DNA from: a virus
Taxonomy: Duplodnaviria; Heunggongvirae; Uroviricota; Caudoviricetes
Virus record (IMG/VR): IMGVR_UViG_3300032007_000002
Direction: 5' to 3' (one strand)
DNA: 64,000 nucleotides
The notes beneath the pieces are model-generated. The model ran no database searches, had not been told where the DNA came from, and was given only the letters and a program-made list of their open reading frames with translations. Below are positions 17,602 through 25,983 of the stretch, one piece after another (position 1 is the first letter of the stretch; every line of letters starts with the position of its first letter). A program made the translations under genes and the position numbers.

Positions 17602-18342
17602 TTAAAGAATTTCTTCGGCGGTTTCCATGAGGACGGTGCGGTTGCGCATCTTGGTGACCACCGTCTTGGTGACCCTGCGGATGTAGGCGGTGGAGTTCCC
17701 GGTGCGGGATGCGTAGTCCGCGGCGGAGTTCCAGTCCGGGGAGAGCATGGCGTCGAAGAGCTGGCGTTCCGCGTCGTTTTCGAGGGCTGCGTCTGCCTGT
17801 TCCTTGAGGATGCTGCGGACGCGGTGGAGGTCGATGTCGTCGGCGATGTCGGACGCGTCGTCGTGGTTGAGGAGGATGTCCATGACCGGGGCGTTCGGGC
17901 GCTTTTCCTGTTCGGATCCGGGTGCGGCGAAGGCGACGGCGGTGACGGTCTCCCCTGCGCGGAGGCGGTTTTCCGGCCAGTGCACGAGGTTGTCGGCGAA
18001 GATGGCCTTGTTCAGCGCGTTGAAGATGCGGGCGTTGAAGAAGGTGATGAAGCGGGTGCCCTCTTTGAGGTCGAAGTCCTGGATTGCTGCCGGGAGGTGG
18101 AGCATGACTTCGGAGACGAGTTCGCCGTAGTCGCCCTTGAAGCGGCGGTAGCGCGGGTTGCTCGTCGCCACGCGGACGATGGTCGGGTAGCAGAGGCCGG
18201 CGATGAGGCGGAGGGCCTCGGAGGAACCCTGGCGGGCGAGGAGGATGTACTGGACTTCGGTGTCGCGGTTGGGGATGGCGGCCTTCGCGGCCTTGTATTC
18301 GCGGTCCATGTCTGCGAAGAATTTTGTGCTGAACAGTGACAT
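17602..18342 (-). CDS. Phage-encoded sigma-70 family RNA polymerase sigma factor
   Basis: Region 1.2/2-like EVQYILLARQGSSEALRLI...IVRVA...AIQDFDLKEGTRFITF...I...LNKAI...VHWP; C-terminal region 4-like HTH ADYASRTGNSTAYIRRV. Confidence 0.8.
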   Translation of the reverse strand: MSLFSTKFFADMDREYKAAKAAIPNRDTEVQYILLARQGSSEALRLIAGLCYPTIVRVATSNPRYRRFKGDYGELVSEVMLHLPAAIQDFDLKEGTRFITFFNARIFNALNKAIFADNLVHWPENRLRAGETVTAVAFAAPGSEQEKRPNAPVMDILLNHDDASDIADDIDLHRVRSILKEQADAALENDAERQLFDAMLSPDWNSAADYASRTGNSTAYIRRVTKTVVTKMRNRTVLMETAEEIL

Positions 18343-18401
18343 AGTTTTTTGCTCCGTGGCTACGATGTTGTCTTGGTTCGTATGGAAAAATAAAAAATTT
18401 T

Positions 18402-19862
18402 TTATGCGATGAGTTTGAGCGCCCTCGCCGCGGCCATGATTTCGGCCTCGTTACGGGTGTCCGCGAGGAGTTTCCCCGCGAGGCCGAGGTTCACCATGGC
18501 GGGGGCGTCCTTCGCCCAGGACGGGATGCCGTTGATGGTCGGCGCGAACGGCTCGGCGAAGTTCACGTCGAGGAAGTTCCCCGCGTCCTCGTAGTCCATG
18601 CGGTCGGCCTTCGCGGCCAGGGCGAGGATCGCTTCGAGTTCCCGGTCGGTGAGGAGGCACCCGTGGAGGCGGCGGAGGGACCCGTCGTTCCCCACGATCA
18701 TGTCGCCGTAGCCGAGGAGCTTCTCCGCCCCGCCGTAGCCGAGGATGGTCATGGAGTCCGTGGCCGATGCGACCTTGAACGCGATGCGGGTGGGGATGTT
18801 GCACTTGAGGTCGCCCGTCACCACCTTGGTCGAGGGGCGCTGGGTGGCGAGGACGAGGTGGATGCCGACGGCGCGGGCCTTCTGCGCGATGCGCATGACG
18901 AACGCGGTCAGCTCGGCGGAGGCGGTCATCATGAGGTCGGCGAACTCGTCAACCACCGCGACCACGTAGGGCATCTTCCTGCGCTGTCCTGCCGGAATTG
19001 TAAAAATTTTTTCACAGTTCTCGACGGCGGCGTTGAAGTCCTTGATGTTTCGGAAGCCGAGTTCCGCGAGGACGGAATAGCGGTATTCCATGAGGGAGAC
19101 GAGCCACCCGATCGAGAGCACGGCCTCCATGGGGTCCGTGATGGCCCTGCCGTTGATTACGTTGGGGAGGGCCTCGTAGGGTTTCAGTTCCACCTGCTTC
19201 GGGTCGATGAGGAGGAAGCGCACCATGTCCGTCGGCATGGAGAGATAGACCGAGGAAATGATGGAGTTGATGCAGACGGACTTGCCGGAGCCGGTCTGTC
19301 CCGCGACGAGCATGTGCGGCGCCTTGGCGAGGTCGATGCGGACGGGGTTGCCCACCGGGTCCACGCCGACGACCGCGGGGATTGCCATGTCTGCGCAGGG
19401 GGAGTTGAAGATGTTTCCGAACGGGACCACCTTGCGGTCCTTGACCGGGATGCTGATGGAGCAGCAGCGGGTCTTTTGGAGTCCGGTGTAGGGGTCGGTG
19501 GACGGGAAGTAGTCGTTGCCGTTCACCTCGATGGATGCGCAGTCGAGGTCCCTGGCGAGGTCCTTGGCGATCGCTTCGAGGGCGGAAGCCTTCGTGCCCG
19601 GCTTCAAGTGCATGAAGATCTTGGAGATGACCGGGCCGGACTGGGAACCCGCGACGGTGCAGGCCACTCCGTATGCGGAGCACACCTTTTCCACGCCACT
19701 CGCACGGGCATCCTGGCCCACGGTGAACGCGGTGGACGTGAAGGCGGGGGCCTTCGGCTTGCGTTCGGCGCGGCCGCGGTAGGAGAAGTAGTCAGCGAAC
19801 GGGGCCGCGACCGGGTTGGTTGCCACGCGGAGGAGTTCGACTGTCTTTTTGGAAATTGCCAT
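18402..19862 (-). CDS. ftsK: FtsK/SpoIIIE-family DNA translocase ATPase (motor domain only)
   Basis: DLAKAPHMLVAGQTGSGKS (Walker A), LIDPKQVEL, VVDEFADLM (Walker B), ARAVGIHLVLATQRPS, GAEKLLGYGDM; no N-terminal transmembrane domain and no obvious gamma domain. Confidence 0.9.
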   Translation of the reverse strand: MAISKKTVELLRVATNPVAAPFADYFSYRGRAERKPKAPAFTSTAFTVGQDARASGVEKVCSAYGVACTVAGSQSGPVISKIFMHLKPGTKASALEAIAKDLARDLDCASIEVNGNDYFPSTDPYTGLQKTRCCSISIPVKDRKVVPFGNIFNSPCADMAIPAVVGVDPVGNPVRIDLAKAPHMLVAGQTGSGKSVCINSIISSVYLSMPTDMVRFLLIDPKQVELKPYEALPNVINGRAITDPMEAVLSIGWLVSLMEYRYSVLAELGFRNIKDFNAAVENCEKIFTIPAGQRRKMPYVVAVVDEFADLMMTASAELTAFVMRIAQKARAVGIHLVLATQRPSTKVVTGDLKCNIPTRIAFKVASATDSMTILGYGGAEKLLGYGDMIVGNDGSLRRLHGCLLTDRELEAILALAAKADRMDYEDAGNFLDVNFAEPFAPTINGIPSWAKDAPAMVNLGLAGKLLADTRNEAEIMAAARALKLIA

Positions 19863-19892
19863 TGTTTCTTCCTTTTGGATGTTCGTGCTATG

Positions 19893-20534
19893 TTACTTGG
19901 AGGCGGCTTCCGCCATCTGTTCCCGTGATTCCGCCTGGTTGATCTTCTCGAACACGGAGGCGTATTCACCGCGGGAGACCACGACAGAGTCGCGGAGGCG
20001 GAACCCTACCAGGCGCCCGGCCTGGTCCATGTACTTCGCGACCTGGATGTCGGTGTCGGACGGGGTGGCGATGCCCTGCGGGTGGTTGTGGACGATGTAG
20101 AAGGACGAGGCGTCCACGGAGGAGAGGAAGCTCCATACTGTGTGGACGGGGACCCCGGTGCCGGAGGCGGTGCCGAGGGACACTTCGCGGATGGCGAGGA
20201 TCCTGCGGGCGCCGTCGAGGGCGATGATGTACTGCGACTCGATGTTGCGGTACTTGAGGCGGGCCATCACCGCGGCGACTTCCCTGGCTCCCGTGAGGCG
20301 GAGGCCGACCGGGTCCAGGAGGAAGGTGCCGGACATCCTGATGAGCGCACGCACGACTTCGAGCTCGGAACCGGAGAACACTTCGTCCGGCGGGACCGGG
20401 TTGCTGCCACGGAGGTAGCCGACTACGCGCGAGTAGAACGCGATGCCGTAGGGACGGCATAGCACTTCCACGGCGGAGAGGTCCGCGGCGTTGTCTTCTT
20501 CGAGGTTTCCCATGTACTGTGCGAGGTAGCTCAT
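19893..20534 (-). CDS. radC: RadC-like JAB domain protein
   Basis: ESQYIIALD...VSLGT...IVHNHPQGIATPSDTD...AGRLVGFRLRDSVVV (HxH...S..D JAB motif). Confidence 0.85.
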   Translation of the reverse strand: MSYLAQYMGNLEEDNAADLSAVEVLCRPYGIAFYSRVVGYLRGSNPVPPDEVFSGSELEVVRALIRMSGTFLLDPVGLRLTGAREVAAVMARLKYRNIESQYIIALDGARRILAIREVSLGTASGTGVPVHTVWSFLSSVDASSFYIVHNHPQGIATPSDTDIQVAKYMDQAGRLVGFRLRDSVVVSRGEYASVFEKINQAESREQMAEAASK

Positions 20535-20609
20535 TTTCTTGTCTCCTTTGTAGCCCTGCTATGTGATCGCCGGGGAGGGCGCCCGGGTGTCTCCCGTGAT
20601 TCCGTCGGG

Positions 20610-20617
20610 TATAAACT
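20610..20617 (+). promoter_or_regulatory. TATAAACT motif (class C, late-promoter-like); also on the minus strand at 25858-25865 and 39915-39922
   Basis: Three copies, each just upstream of a gene lacking the class A leader; resembles the T4 late promoter TATAAATA. Confidence 0.45.
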
Positions 20618-20643
20618 GTAGCCGTATCTCCCCAGGGAACGAC

Positions 20644-21084
20644 ATGGAAGAAGAACAGATCGACTTCGAGAACATCGAGGAACTCGACGGCCTCACGGAG
20701 GCTATATGCCGGGGGAGCGACGACCCTGCGCTGAACGACGCAGTCGGGCAGGCGATGGGTGCCATATTCCAGGAAGGGGTGATGGACAAGGCCGGGAAGG
20801 TCCTCGCTGGTGTCGCCCTGGCTGCCGGGCTTGCGCACGGGGCCATAAACCACAAGGCCGCACATAACGTGCAGCCCAGGAACACGAAGACGTGCTCTGC
20901 GGTAGTGAAGAACGCGTGGAACAATCCTAAATACCAGGAACTAGAGGAAAAATACTTGCAGGAGGAGTTGCAGCGGCAGCAGGACCTCGTAAAGCAGGGG
21001 AAGCGCAAGTCCGTTGACGAGCAGGGCGCCTACGAGAAGGCACAGAGCAGGGCGATGTACGAACTCGCCTGCGGGTCTAAATAA
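20644..21084 (+). CDS. Hypothetical protein with acidic N-terminus and hydrophobic helix (possible virion-internal protein)
   Basis: The only plus-strand gene I support after 1.4 kb; MEEEQIDFENIEE...LTEA...IFQEG then LAGVALAAGLAHG. Confidence 0.6.
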   Translation: MEEEQIDFENIEELDGLTEAICRGSDDPALNDAVGQAMGAIFQEGVMDKAGKVLAGVALAAGLAHGAINHKAAHNVQPRNTKTCSAVVKNAWNNPKYQELEEKYLQEELQRQQDLVKQGKRKSVDEQGAYEKAQSRAMYELACGSK

Positions 21085-21772
21085 ATTTGTCGATTACGGA
21101 CTGAATGTCGCCCGCCGAGCCTGGAACGCTTTCCAGGCCCGTTTCGTATGCGGGGTCCGGGATGAGGAAGCCGACGGCCTGGGCGCGGGTGTTCGGGTCG
21201 AGCCAGAGCGTGAACGGGCAGATGTGCGGCTTGGTGGACGGGCTGACCTGGTTGTCGAACACCATCCAGGGGCCGACGAGCTCCCCGTGCTTCTCGATGA
21301 ACTTCTTCACGGGGATTTCGCGGTCCGCCGGGAAGTTGACGAAGCGCTCGGCCTTGACCGGGCGGCTGCCGTTGTGCGGGCGGAGCATGAGCGCCATGCA
21401 CGGGTAGGACTTGTCGGAGCGGTAGTGGCCGTTTACGAGGCTGACCGTCATGTGGCCCATCACCCGGAGCATGTCCATCGCGTTGGTCGCGTATTCCGGG
21501 GAGGTGTCCTTGCTGAACATGAGGACCTGGGTCTTCGCCATGGTCGCCATGAACGCGTCGGTGTTCGGTCCGGGCGGGAGGGAGACTATCACGCCCTTCT
21601 TTCCGTCGGTGGAGCAGACCGTGTAGTTGCGCTTGTCGTAGGAGATGCAGTGGATTGCATCTTCGAGGCGCGGGTCCGCGTCGGTGGAGAGTGTGGCGAG
21701 GTCCTTGATGAAGTCCTTGAGGCGGGAGACGCCTTTCGGGGAGCACCAGGGATCGTTAGTCTTCTTTATCAT
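21077..21772 (-). CDS. Hypothetical protein, weak beta-clamp-like N-terminal motif
   Basis: DPRLEDAIHCISYD...VCSTDGKK. Confidence 0.55.
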   Translation of the reverse strand: MIKKTNDPWCSPKGVSRLKDFIKDLATLSTDADPRLEDAIHCISYDKRNYTVCSTDGKKGVIVSLPPGPNTDAFMATMAKTQVLMFSKDTSPEYATNAMDMLRVMGHMTVSLVNGHYRSDKSYPCMALMLRPHNGSRPVKAERFVNFPADREIPVKKFIEKHGELVGPWMVFDNQVSPSTKPHICPFTLWLDPNTRAQAVGFLIPDPAYETGLESVPGSAGDIQSVIDKFI

Positions 21773-21932
21773 CTTTAACTCCTGCCGGGACGGGTTCCCA
21801 GAGAACTGTCAGTTCGGCCTTGACCCCTTCCGGCGTGATGTCGAAAGCGTCCTTGAAGCTGTCGACAATCCCGGCGGGAACGAGGCCGAGCACGGGGTCG
21901 TAGTGCTCGACCAGGAACTTGCAGCGTCTCAT
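21756..21932 (-). CDS. Small hypothetical protein
   Basis: 58 aa MRRCKFLVEH..., GGAGG RBS; hand-translated. Confidence 0.5.
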   Translation of the reverse strand: MRRCKFLVEHYDPVLGLVPAGIVDSFKDAFDITPEGVKAELTVLWEPVPAGVKDDKED

Positions 21933-21960
21933 GGGGCGCCTCCGTGAAATTTAGCAAAAA

Positions 21961-22116
21961 TTACTTGGATCTGTCCCGGGCGCACTTGATTACTTGCAGT
22001 CCGGGGTGTGTCTGTTTCGCGTCTTCCTTTGCGGACGCGGGGTCCGTCGCGGTGACGCGGACTGTCTCGCCCCCTTCCAGGGTGACGATGAACGGGAAAG
22101 TCCTTCCTTCCTTCAT
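21961..22116 (-). CDS. Small hypothetical protein (class A cassette)
   Basis: 51 aa MKEGRTFPFIVTL..., AAGGAGG RBS after a class A element; hand-translated. Confidence 0.6.
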   Translation of the reverse strand: MKEGRTFPFIVTLEGGETVRVTATDPASAKEDAKQTHPGLQVIKCARDRSK

Positions 22117-22187
22117 GGTGCCTCCTTTTGGCTGTCCCGGCTATGTGACGGCCGGGGGTGTCTGCAGGGGGTTCCCCGTGATTCCGG

Positions 22188-22295
22188 TCAGCGGTGGCCG
22201 AAGAAGAACCCGGCGACCATGCCGAGGCCGATCAGCATCAGCACGATCTTGAATATGAGGTCGTCGAGGGAGAAGTCTTTGTTATGTTTCCGCAT
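22188..22295 (-). CDS. Small membrane peptide
   Basis: MRKHNKDFSLDDLIFKIVLMLIGLGMVAGFFFGHR directly after a class B variant. Confidence 0.4.
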   Translation of the reverse strand: MRKHNKDFSLDDLIFKIVLMLIGLGMVAGFFFGHR

Positions 22296-22338
22296 ATAGG
22301 GAAATATAACAAATTTTCTCCTCAACCTTACGAAAAAC

Positions 22339-22521
22339 TTACGAATCATACTCCCGCCCCATGCAGCGGCAGGAATACTCCACCTTCTCGCAGATTTCGC
22401 GGGTGGCCACGCCGTCGCGGTAGAGCCGCTGGGTGAAGCGCTTGTCCTCCTCGTCGAGGAAGTAGAAGCCGCGCTCGCGGCAGTGGTCGCATACGATGTC
22501 CCAAACTTTCTCGAAGTCCAT
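22339..22521 (-). CDS. Hypothetical protein
   Basis: 60 aa, operon packing. Confidence 0.55.
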   Translation of the reverse strand: MDFEKVWDIVCDHCRERGFYFLDEEDKRFTQRLYRDGVATREICEKVEYSCRCMGREYDS

Positions 22522-22530
22522 GGTCGCATC

Positions 22531-22845
22531 CTATTCCTTGAGGACCTTCTTTCCTGCGAGGCGGTTGTATGCCTGCCAGGCGAGAAGCTCGTTGTTGACT
22601 CGTTCCTGGCTGTCCTCCTTGCCGAAGACGTCGAGGCTCGTCGGCCAGGGCTTGCCCTTCGTGTCGTTCCACACGAACGCGCAGTCGCGGTAGAAGAACG
22701 GCGGCTCGAAGAGGAGCCATGCGCGTTTGTCGGACTTGCGGACTACGCGCACGCCTTCCAGGGGCCAGTCCTTGTGGATCTTGCTGACTTTGAACATGCC
22801 GGAAACTTTGATGTAGTTGAGAAGTGTCTTGAATTGCGTTGCCAT
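22531..22845 (-). CDS. Hypothetical protein (class A cassette)
   Basis: Element plus AAGGAGA RBS. Confidence 0.7.
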   Translation of the reverse strand: MATQFKTLLNYIKVSGMFKVSKIHKDWPLEGVRVVRKSDKRAWLLFEPPFFYRDCAFVWNDTKGKPWPTSLDVFGKEDSQERVNNELLAWQAYNRLAGKKVLKE

Positions 22846-22929
22846 GTTAGGTCTCCTTGTTGCTGGTCCCTGTATGTTACGGAGGGGGCGCCTGGGGTGG
22901 CGCCTCCCGTGATTCCGGCGGATAGCCCG

Positions 22930-23262
22930 CTACGGGACGTGTTTTTTGCCGTTCGTAGCGCCGTTTCGGTATTTTTTATTACGTTTCGGGCGTTGACCGG
23001 GGTATTTCTGCCGGATTTCCCTCGCGATGGTCGAAATTGGCTTGTGGCGCTCGTCGTGCATCTCCTTGACCCAGGCATAGGTCTTGACGATGAAGTAGAG
23101 GGCGTGGCCCACGACCGCGGAGAGGACGAGGTAGGCGATGGTCCCCTTGAGGGTCGGGCCCTGCTGCGGTGGGTAGATCCAAAGGAGGGGTCCCACGATG
23201 AAGCAGCCCGCGCAGAGGATTGCGATGAAGTTGGAAGCGATGGTCATGATTTTTGCGAGCAT
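22930..23262 (-). CDS. Membrane protein
   Basis: Two transmembrane segments and a basic tail. Confidence 0.6.
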   Translation of the reverse strand: MLAKIMTIASNFIAILCAGCFIVGPLLWIYPPQQGPTLKGTIAYLVLSAVVGHALYFIVKTYAWVKEMHDERHKPISTIAREIRQKYPGQRPKRNKKYRNGATNGKKHVP

Positions 23263-23272
23263 GAAAAATCCT

Positions 23273-24076
23273 TTACTTTTGGGAGTTGCTGATTGCTTCG
23301 ATGATTGCGGCGACGGTCTCGCGCTTTCCGCCGGAGTAGTTCTGTTCCTGGTAGCCGCCGGGGAGGGGCATGATGCCCGCTATCATCCTGGCGCCGTTTT
23401 CCGGGCAGAACATGATTTCGCCGACGGTCACGTTGCAGATGCTCGGGGTGCGGGGGTCTTCTGCATCGGGGGTGATGGTGTAGAAGTAGCCCATGTCCTG
23501 CGTACCGAACCACCTGGAAATGAAGTCGGTGATGCGGTAGAGCGCAGTCGGGTCGAAGCGGGCGCCGGATGCGGGTTGCAGGCTGAACTTTTCCGGGGTC
23601 ATGTCCTTGAAGAGCACTTCGAACGCGTCCGGGTAGTGGACGGTGTAGCCGCCGCGGACCTTGTAGAAGTCCGTAAGCATCGCGCTGTTCATCGGGCGGT
23701 TGTCGAGGGCGCCCTTGAACGGGACGGTGACTTCGCCTTCCTCGAACTTGGAGAGGGCGTAGGTGATGAGGTCGGGAGAACCTACGCAGAATTCGCGCAC
23801 CTGGCGATCGATGAGGGCGCGGACGATGTTGTGGGCATACGGGCCGAAGAACTGCAAGGCGAGGACCTTGGTGCCGTCGGAGCACTGCATAGTCATGAGG
23901 TCGCCCTTGCGGGTGTAGTGGACGGCGTAGAGGTGCTGGCGGTCATCCTTGCCCTGCGCGTTGGTGCAGAAGCCGTGCACGGAGTAGAGGAAGCTGCGGA
24001 GCTTCTTGTGCTGTGCCTGGCCGGCGAGGTCGGGGATGTTGCCTTTTTCGTTGAGGATGTAAACGGACTTTGACAT
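23273..24076 (-). CDS. Beta-clamp-like protein (class A cassette)
   Basis: Start MSKSVY; DDRQHLYAVHY...MQCSDGTKVL...YPDAFEV...FDPTAL...GIMPL resembles DnaN middle and C-terminal motifs. Confidence 0.55.
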   Translation of the reverse strand: MSKSVYILNEKGNIPDLAGQAQHKKLRSFLYSVHGFCTNAQGKDDRQHLYAVHYTRKGDLMTMQCSDGTKVLALQFFGPYAHNIVRALIDRQVREFCVGSPDLITYALSKFEEGEVTVPFKGALDNRPMNSAMLTDFYKVRGGYTVHYPDAFEVLFKDMTPEKFSLQPASGARFDPTALYRITDFISRWFGTQDMGYFYTITPDAEDPRTPSICNVTVGEIMFCPENGARMIAGIMPLPGGYQEQNYSGGKRETVAAIIEAISNSQK

Positions 24077-24154
24077 GGTGTCTCCTTTTCTGATATTCCC
24101 CGTATATGACGGAGGGGACCCGTGAGGATCCCCTTCCCGTGATTCCGTTGATAG

Positions 24155-24226
24155 TACACCCGTCCGGACTCGAACCGGAATTATCGGCTTCGGGGGCCGA
24201 TGTGCTATCCATTGCACTACGGATGC
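24155..24226 (-). tRNA. tRNA-Arg(CCG)
   Basis: Cloverleaf GCATCCG...TGGATAGCAC-TCGGC-CCCCGAA-GCCGA...GGTTCGAGTCC-CGGGTGT-A; C at position 33; followed by CTA rather than CCA. Confidence 0.85.
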
Positions 24227-24233
24227 GTCAACC

Positions 24234-24506
24234 TTATTTGTCCCTGGACGGGCAGTATGCCGGGTGGACGGTGAGCCATTCGTACTCCGGGACCCTCTTC
24301 GCGAGAAGTGCCGGGTGGGCGACTGCGGCCTCCTTTCCGTCCTTGCTGCAGATTGAGGCGATTTTCACGTTCTTCAACTTGCGCAGCTGCATGAGTTCTG
24401 TGGCCTTGGCCTTGGCGCCTTCGACGGCGGACGCTTCCACCTGCCCGGCGCAGAGTCGGAGTTCCTTTCCTCCGATTACCGTAGTATAGTTCACGGTGAA
24501 GATCAT
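24234..24506 (-). CDS. Hypothetical protein
   Basis: Start MIFTVNY after AAGGAGA. Confidence 0.6.
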   Translation of the reverse strand: MIFTVNYTTVIGGKELRLCAGQVEASAVEGAKAKATELMQLRKLKNVKIASICSKDGKEAAVAHPALLAKRVPEYEWLTVHPAYCPSRDK

Positions 24507-24787
24507 AGGGGTCTCCTTAGTTTTTCGATTGATGTCTCGACCTGGGAGGCGACGCGTTCCAGCACGTCGGAGAGCTGGTTGTACTCGTCCGTGACGATGT
24601 ACCAGGTCTTGAAGGGGGTTTTCTCGTTTTCCCGGTAGAGTTCGATGGCGGGGAGTTCCACCTTGCCGTCGTTGCGATACCCTGCGATGAGTTTCACTCC
24701 GGGGCGGTAGAAGTCCATGTCCTCGTGGCCTTCGCGGAGGTCGGCGAGTGCTACCTTGATGTCTCGATAAAGGGTGTTGTCTGCCAT
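24503..24787 (-). CDS. Hypothetical protein
   Basis: 94 aa between tRNA genes. Confidence 0.6.
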   Translation of the reverse strand: MADNTLYRDIKVALADLREGHEDMDFYRPGVKLIAGYRNDGKVELPAIELYRENEKTPFKTWYIVTDEYNQLSDVLERVASQVETSIEKLRRPL

Positions 24788-24802
24788 ATATGTTGGGGGT
24801 AG

Positions 24803-24876
24803 TAGCGCATACCGGGGTCGAACCGGTGATTTTCGGAATGAGAATCCGCTGTCCTGGGCCTCTAGACGAATGCGCC
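24803..24876 (-). tRNA. tRNA-Glu(CTC)
   Basis: GGCGCAT-TCGTCTAGAGGCCCAGGAC-CGGA-TTCTCAT-TCCG...GGTTCGACCCC-ATGCGCT-A; followed by CTA. Confidence 0.85.
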
Positions 24877-25851
24877 GTGTTCAATAAAAGTTAAGAGTTT
24901 GTTAAATTCTGTTTGAACCTTTGTTTTGCTGGCCTTGCCCATGTCTTTAATGACGTATGGTGTGAAACCAGCTTTGGTGATTTCTGCGATTTTAATTCTG
25001 TCGCGGTTTTGGATGCAAGCCAATGAAGATTGTGTTGATATTTGCTTGTAGTGCCATGCGCCGTTCCATAATATAGCAATTTTCTGATCTAATAGGATGA
25101 TATCGGCATCCCAACCGTTAAAAAGTTGTAAATTGTTCTTTACATTGTTGAACCGGGTTTTGCATAACTCACAGAATGCGATTTCATTTTTGCTTCGGCG
25201 GTTGGTTGACTGTTGGGCAACACTTTTAAGGGCGGCAATGCGTAGCTTTTCCCTGGTTTGCTGGCTGAGGTTTGCGGCAACAATGGAATGAACGCAGGTT
25301 TTGCAGTAGCCAAGTTTTGAGCGTGGGTGTATTGGCTTTCCGCAATTTTTACATTGCCTCGTTGGACGAGGTAATTGTTTGCGTTTGTAGTGTTTTCTAC
25401 ACAGCCCGGTTTTATTGTCCTTACATAATGTCGCCCCGCATATATAGCAGTGTTTCAGTGGTTTGGGTGATTGAAAATTGTTCTTTCTTGCAAGTGTGCG
25501 GTATAAAGTGCTTGCTCGTTTTTTGTTAGACTCTTCTGTTGGTGTTCTGCGATTTGCACATGTCCTGGAACAGAAAAACTTTTCCTTTTTAGAAAACTCG
25601 CGCTCGGTACATGTTATGGTAAATGTTTTGCCGCAGTTTGCACAAGATACGATATACTCATGCCTGGGCAATGTGTTATTTTTGTTATACAGTGTGCATT
25701 TGCGCGAACCGCCCTTTTTAAGCGATTGGATAATTTCATCGTGCTTTGGGTTTTGGGGGCAAAGGCGGCAATGCGCATTGAACTTACCGCGGGTGGTAGT
25801 AAATACTTCTCCGCAATATTTACAGCTATATGTAGAAATTTGATTATTCAT
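24862..25851 (-). CDS. Free-standing putative homing endonuclease (CxxC Zn-ribbons plus Vsr/DUF559-like nuclease domain)
   Basis: Many CxxC pairs including FCSRTCAN; C-terminal SKNE...WDADIILLDQKIAILWNGAWHY...RDRIK...GFTPYVI; visibly AT-rich; inserted between tRNAs. Confidence 0.7.
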   Translation of the reverse strand: MNNQISTYSCKYCGEVFTTTRGKFNAHCRLCPQNPKHDEIIQSLKKGGSRKCTLYNKNNTLPRHEYIVSCANCGKTFTITCTEREFSKKEKFFCSRTCANRRTPTEESNKKRASTLYRTLARKNNFQSPKPLKHCYICGATLCKDNKTGLCRKHYKRKQLPRPTRQCKNCGKPIHPRSKLGYCKTCVHSIVAANLSQQTREKLRIAALKSVAQQSTNRRSKNEIAFCELCKTRFNNVKNNLQLFNGWDADIILLDQKIAILWNGAWHYKQISTQSSLACIQNRDRIKIAEITKAGFTPYVIKDMGKASKTKVQTEFNKLLTFIEHGAFV

Positions 25852-25863
25852 ACATATAGTTTA

Positions 25864-25939
25864 TAGCGGGAGCGGGACTCGAACCCGCAACAACTCACGG
25901 GTTATGGGCCCGGCGAGCTACCAGTTGCTCCATCCCGCG
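25864..25939 (-). tRNA. Initiator tRNA-fMet(CAT)
   Basis: Unpaired C1:U72, three consecutive G-C pairs in the anticodon stem, loop CCCATAA, TTCGA T-loop; no encoded CCA. Confidence 0.85.
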
Positions 25940-25983
25940 ATAAACTACATGGCGAACTATCGCTAACTGAAATATAGCAAAGT

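Noticed and set aside
18663-19928. Long + strand ORFs (also 34812..36239, 37369..38514, 56011..57147 and others)
   Set aside because: Antisense shadows of GC-rich minus-strand genes, with no RBS and repetitive V/L/E/D/G composition.
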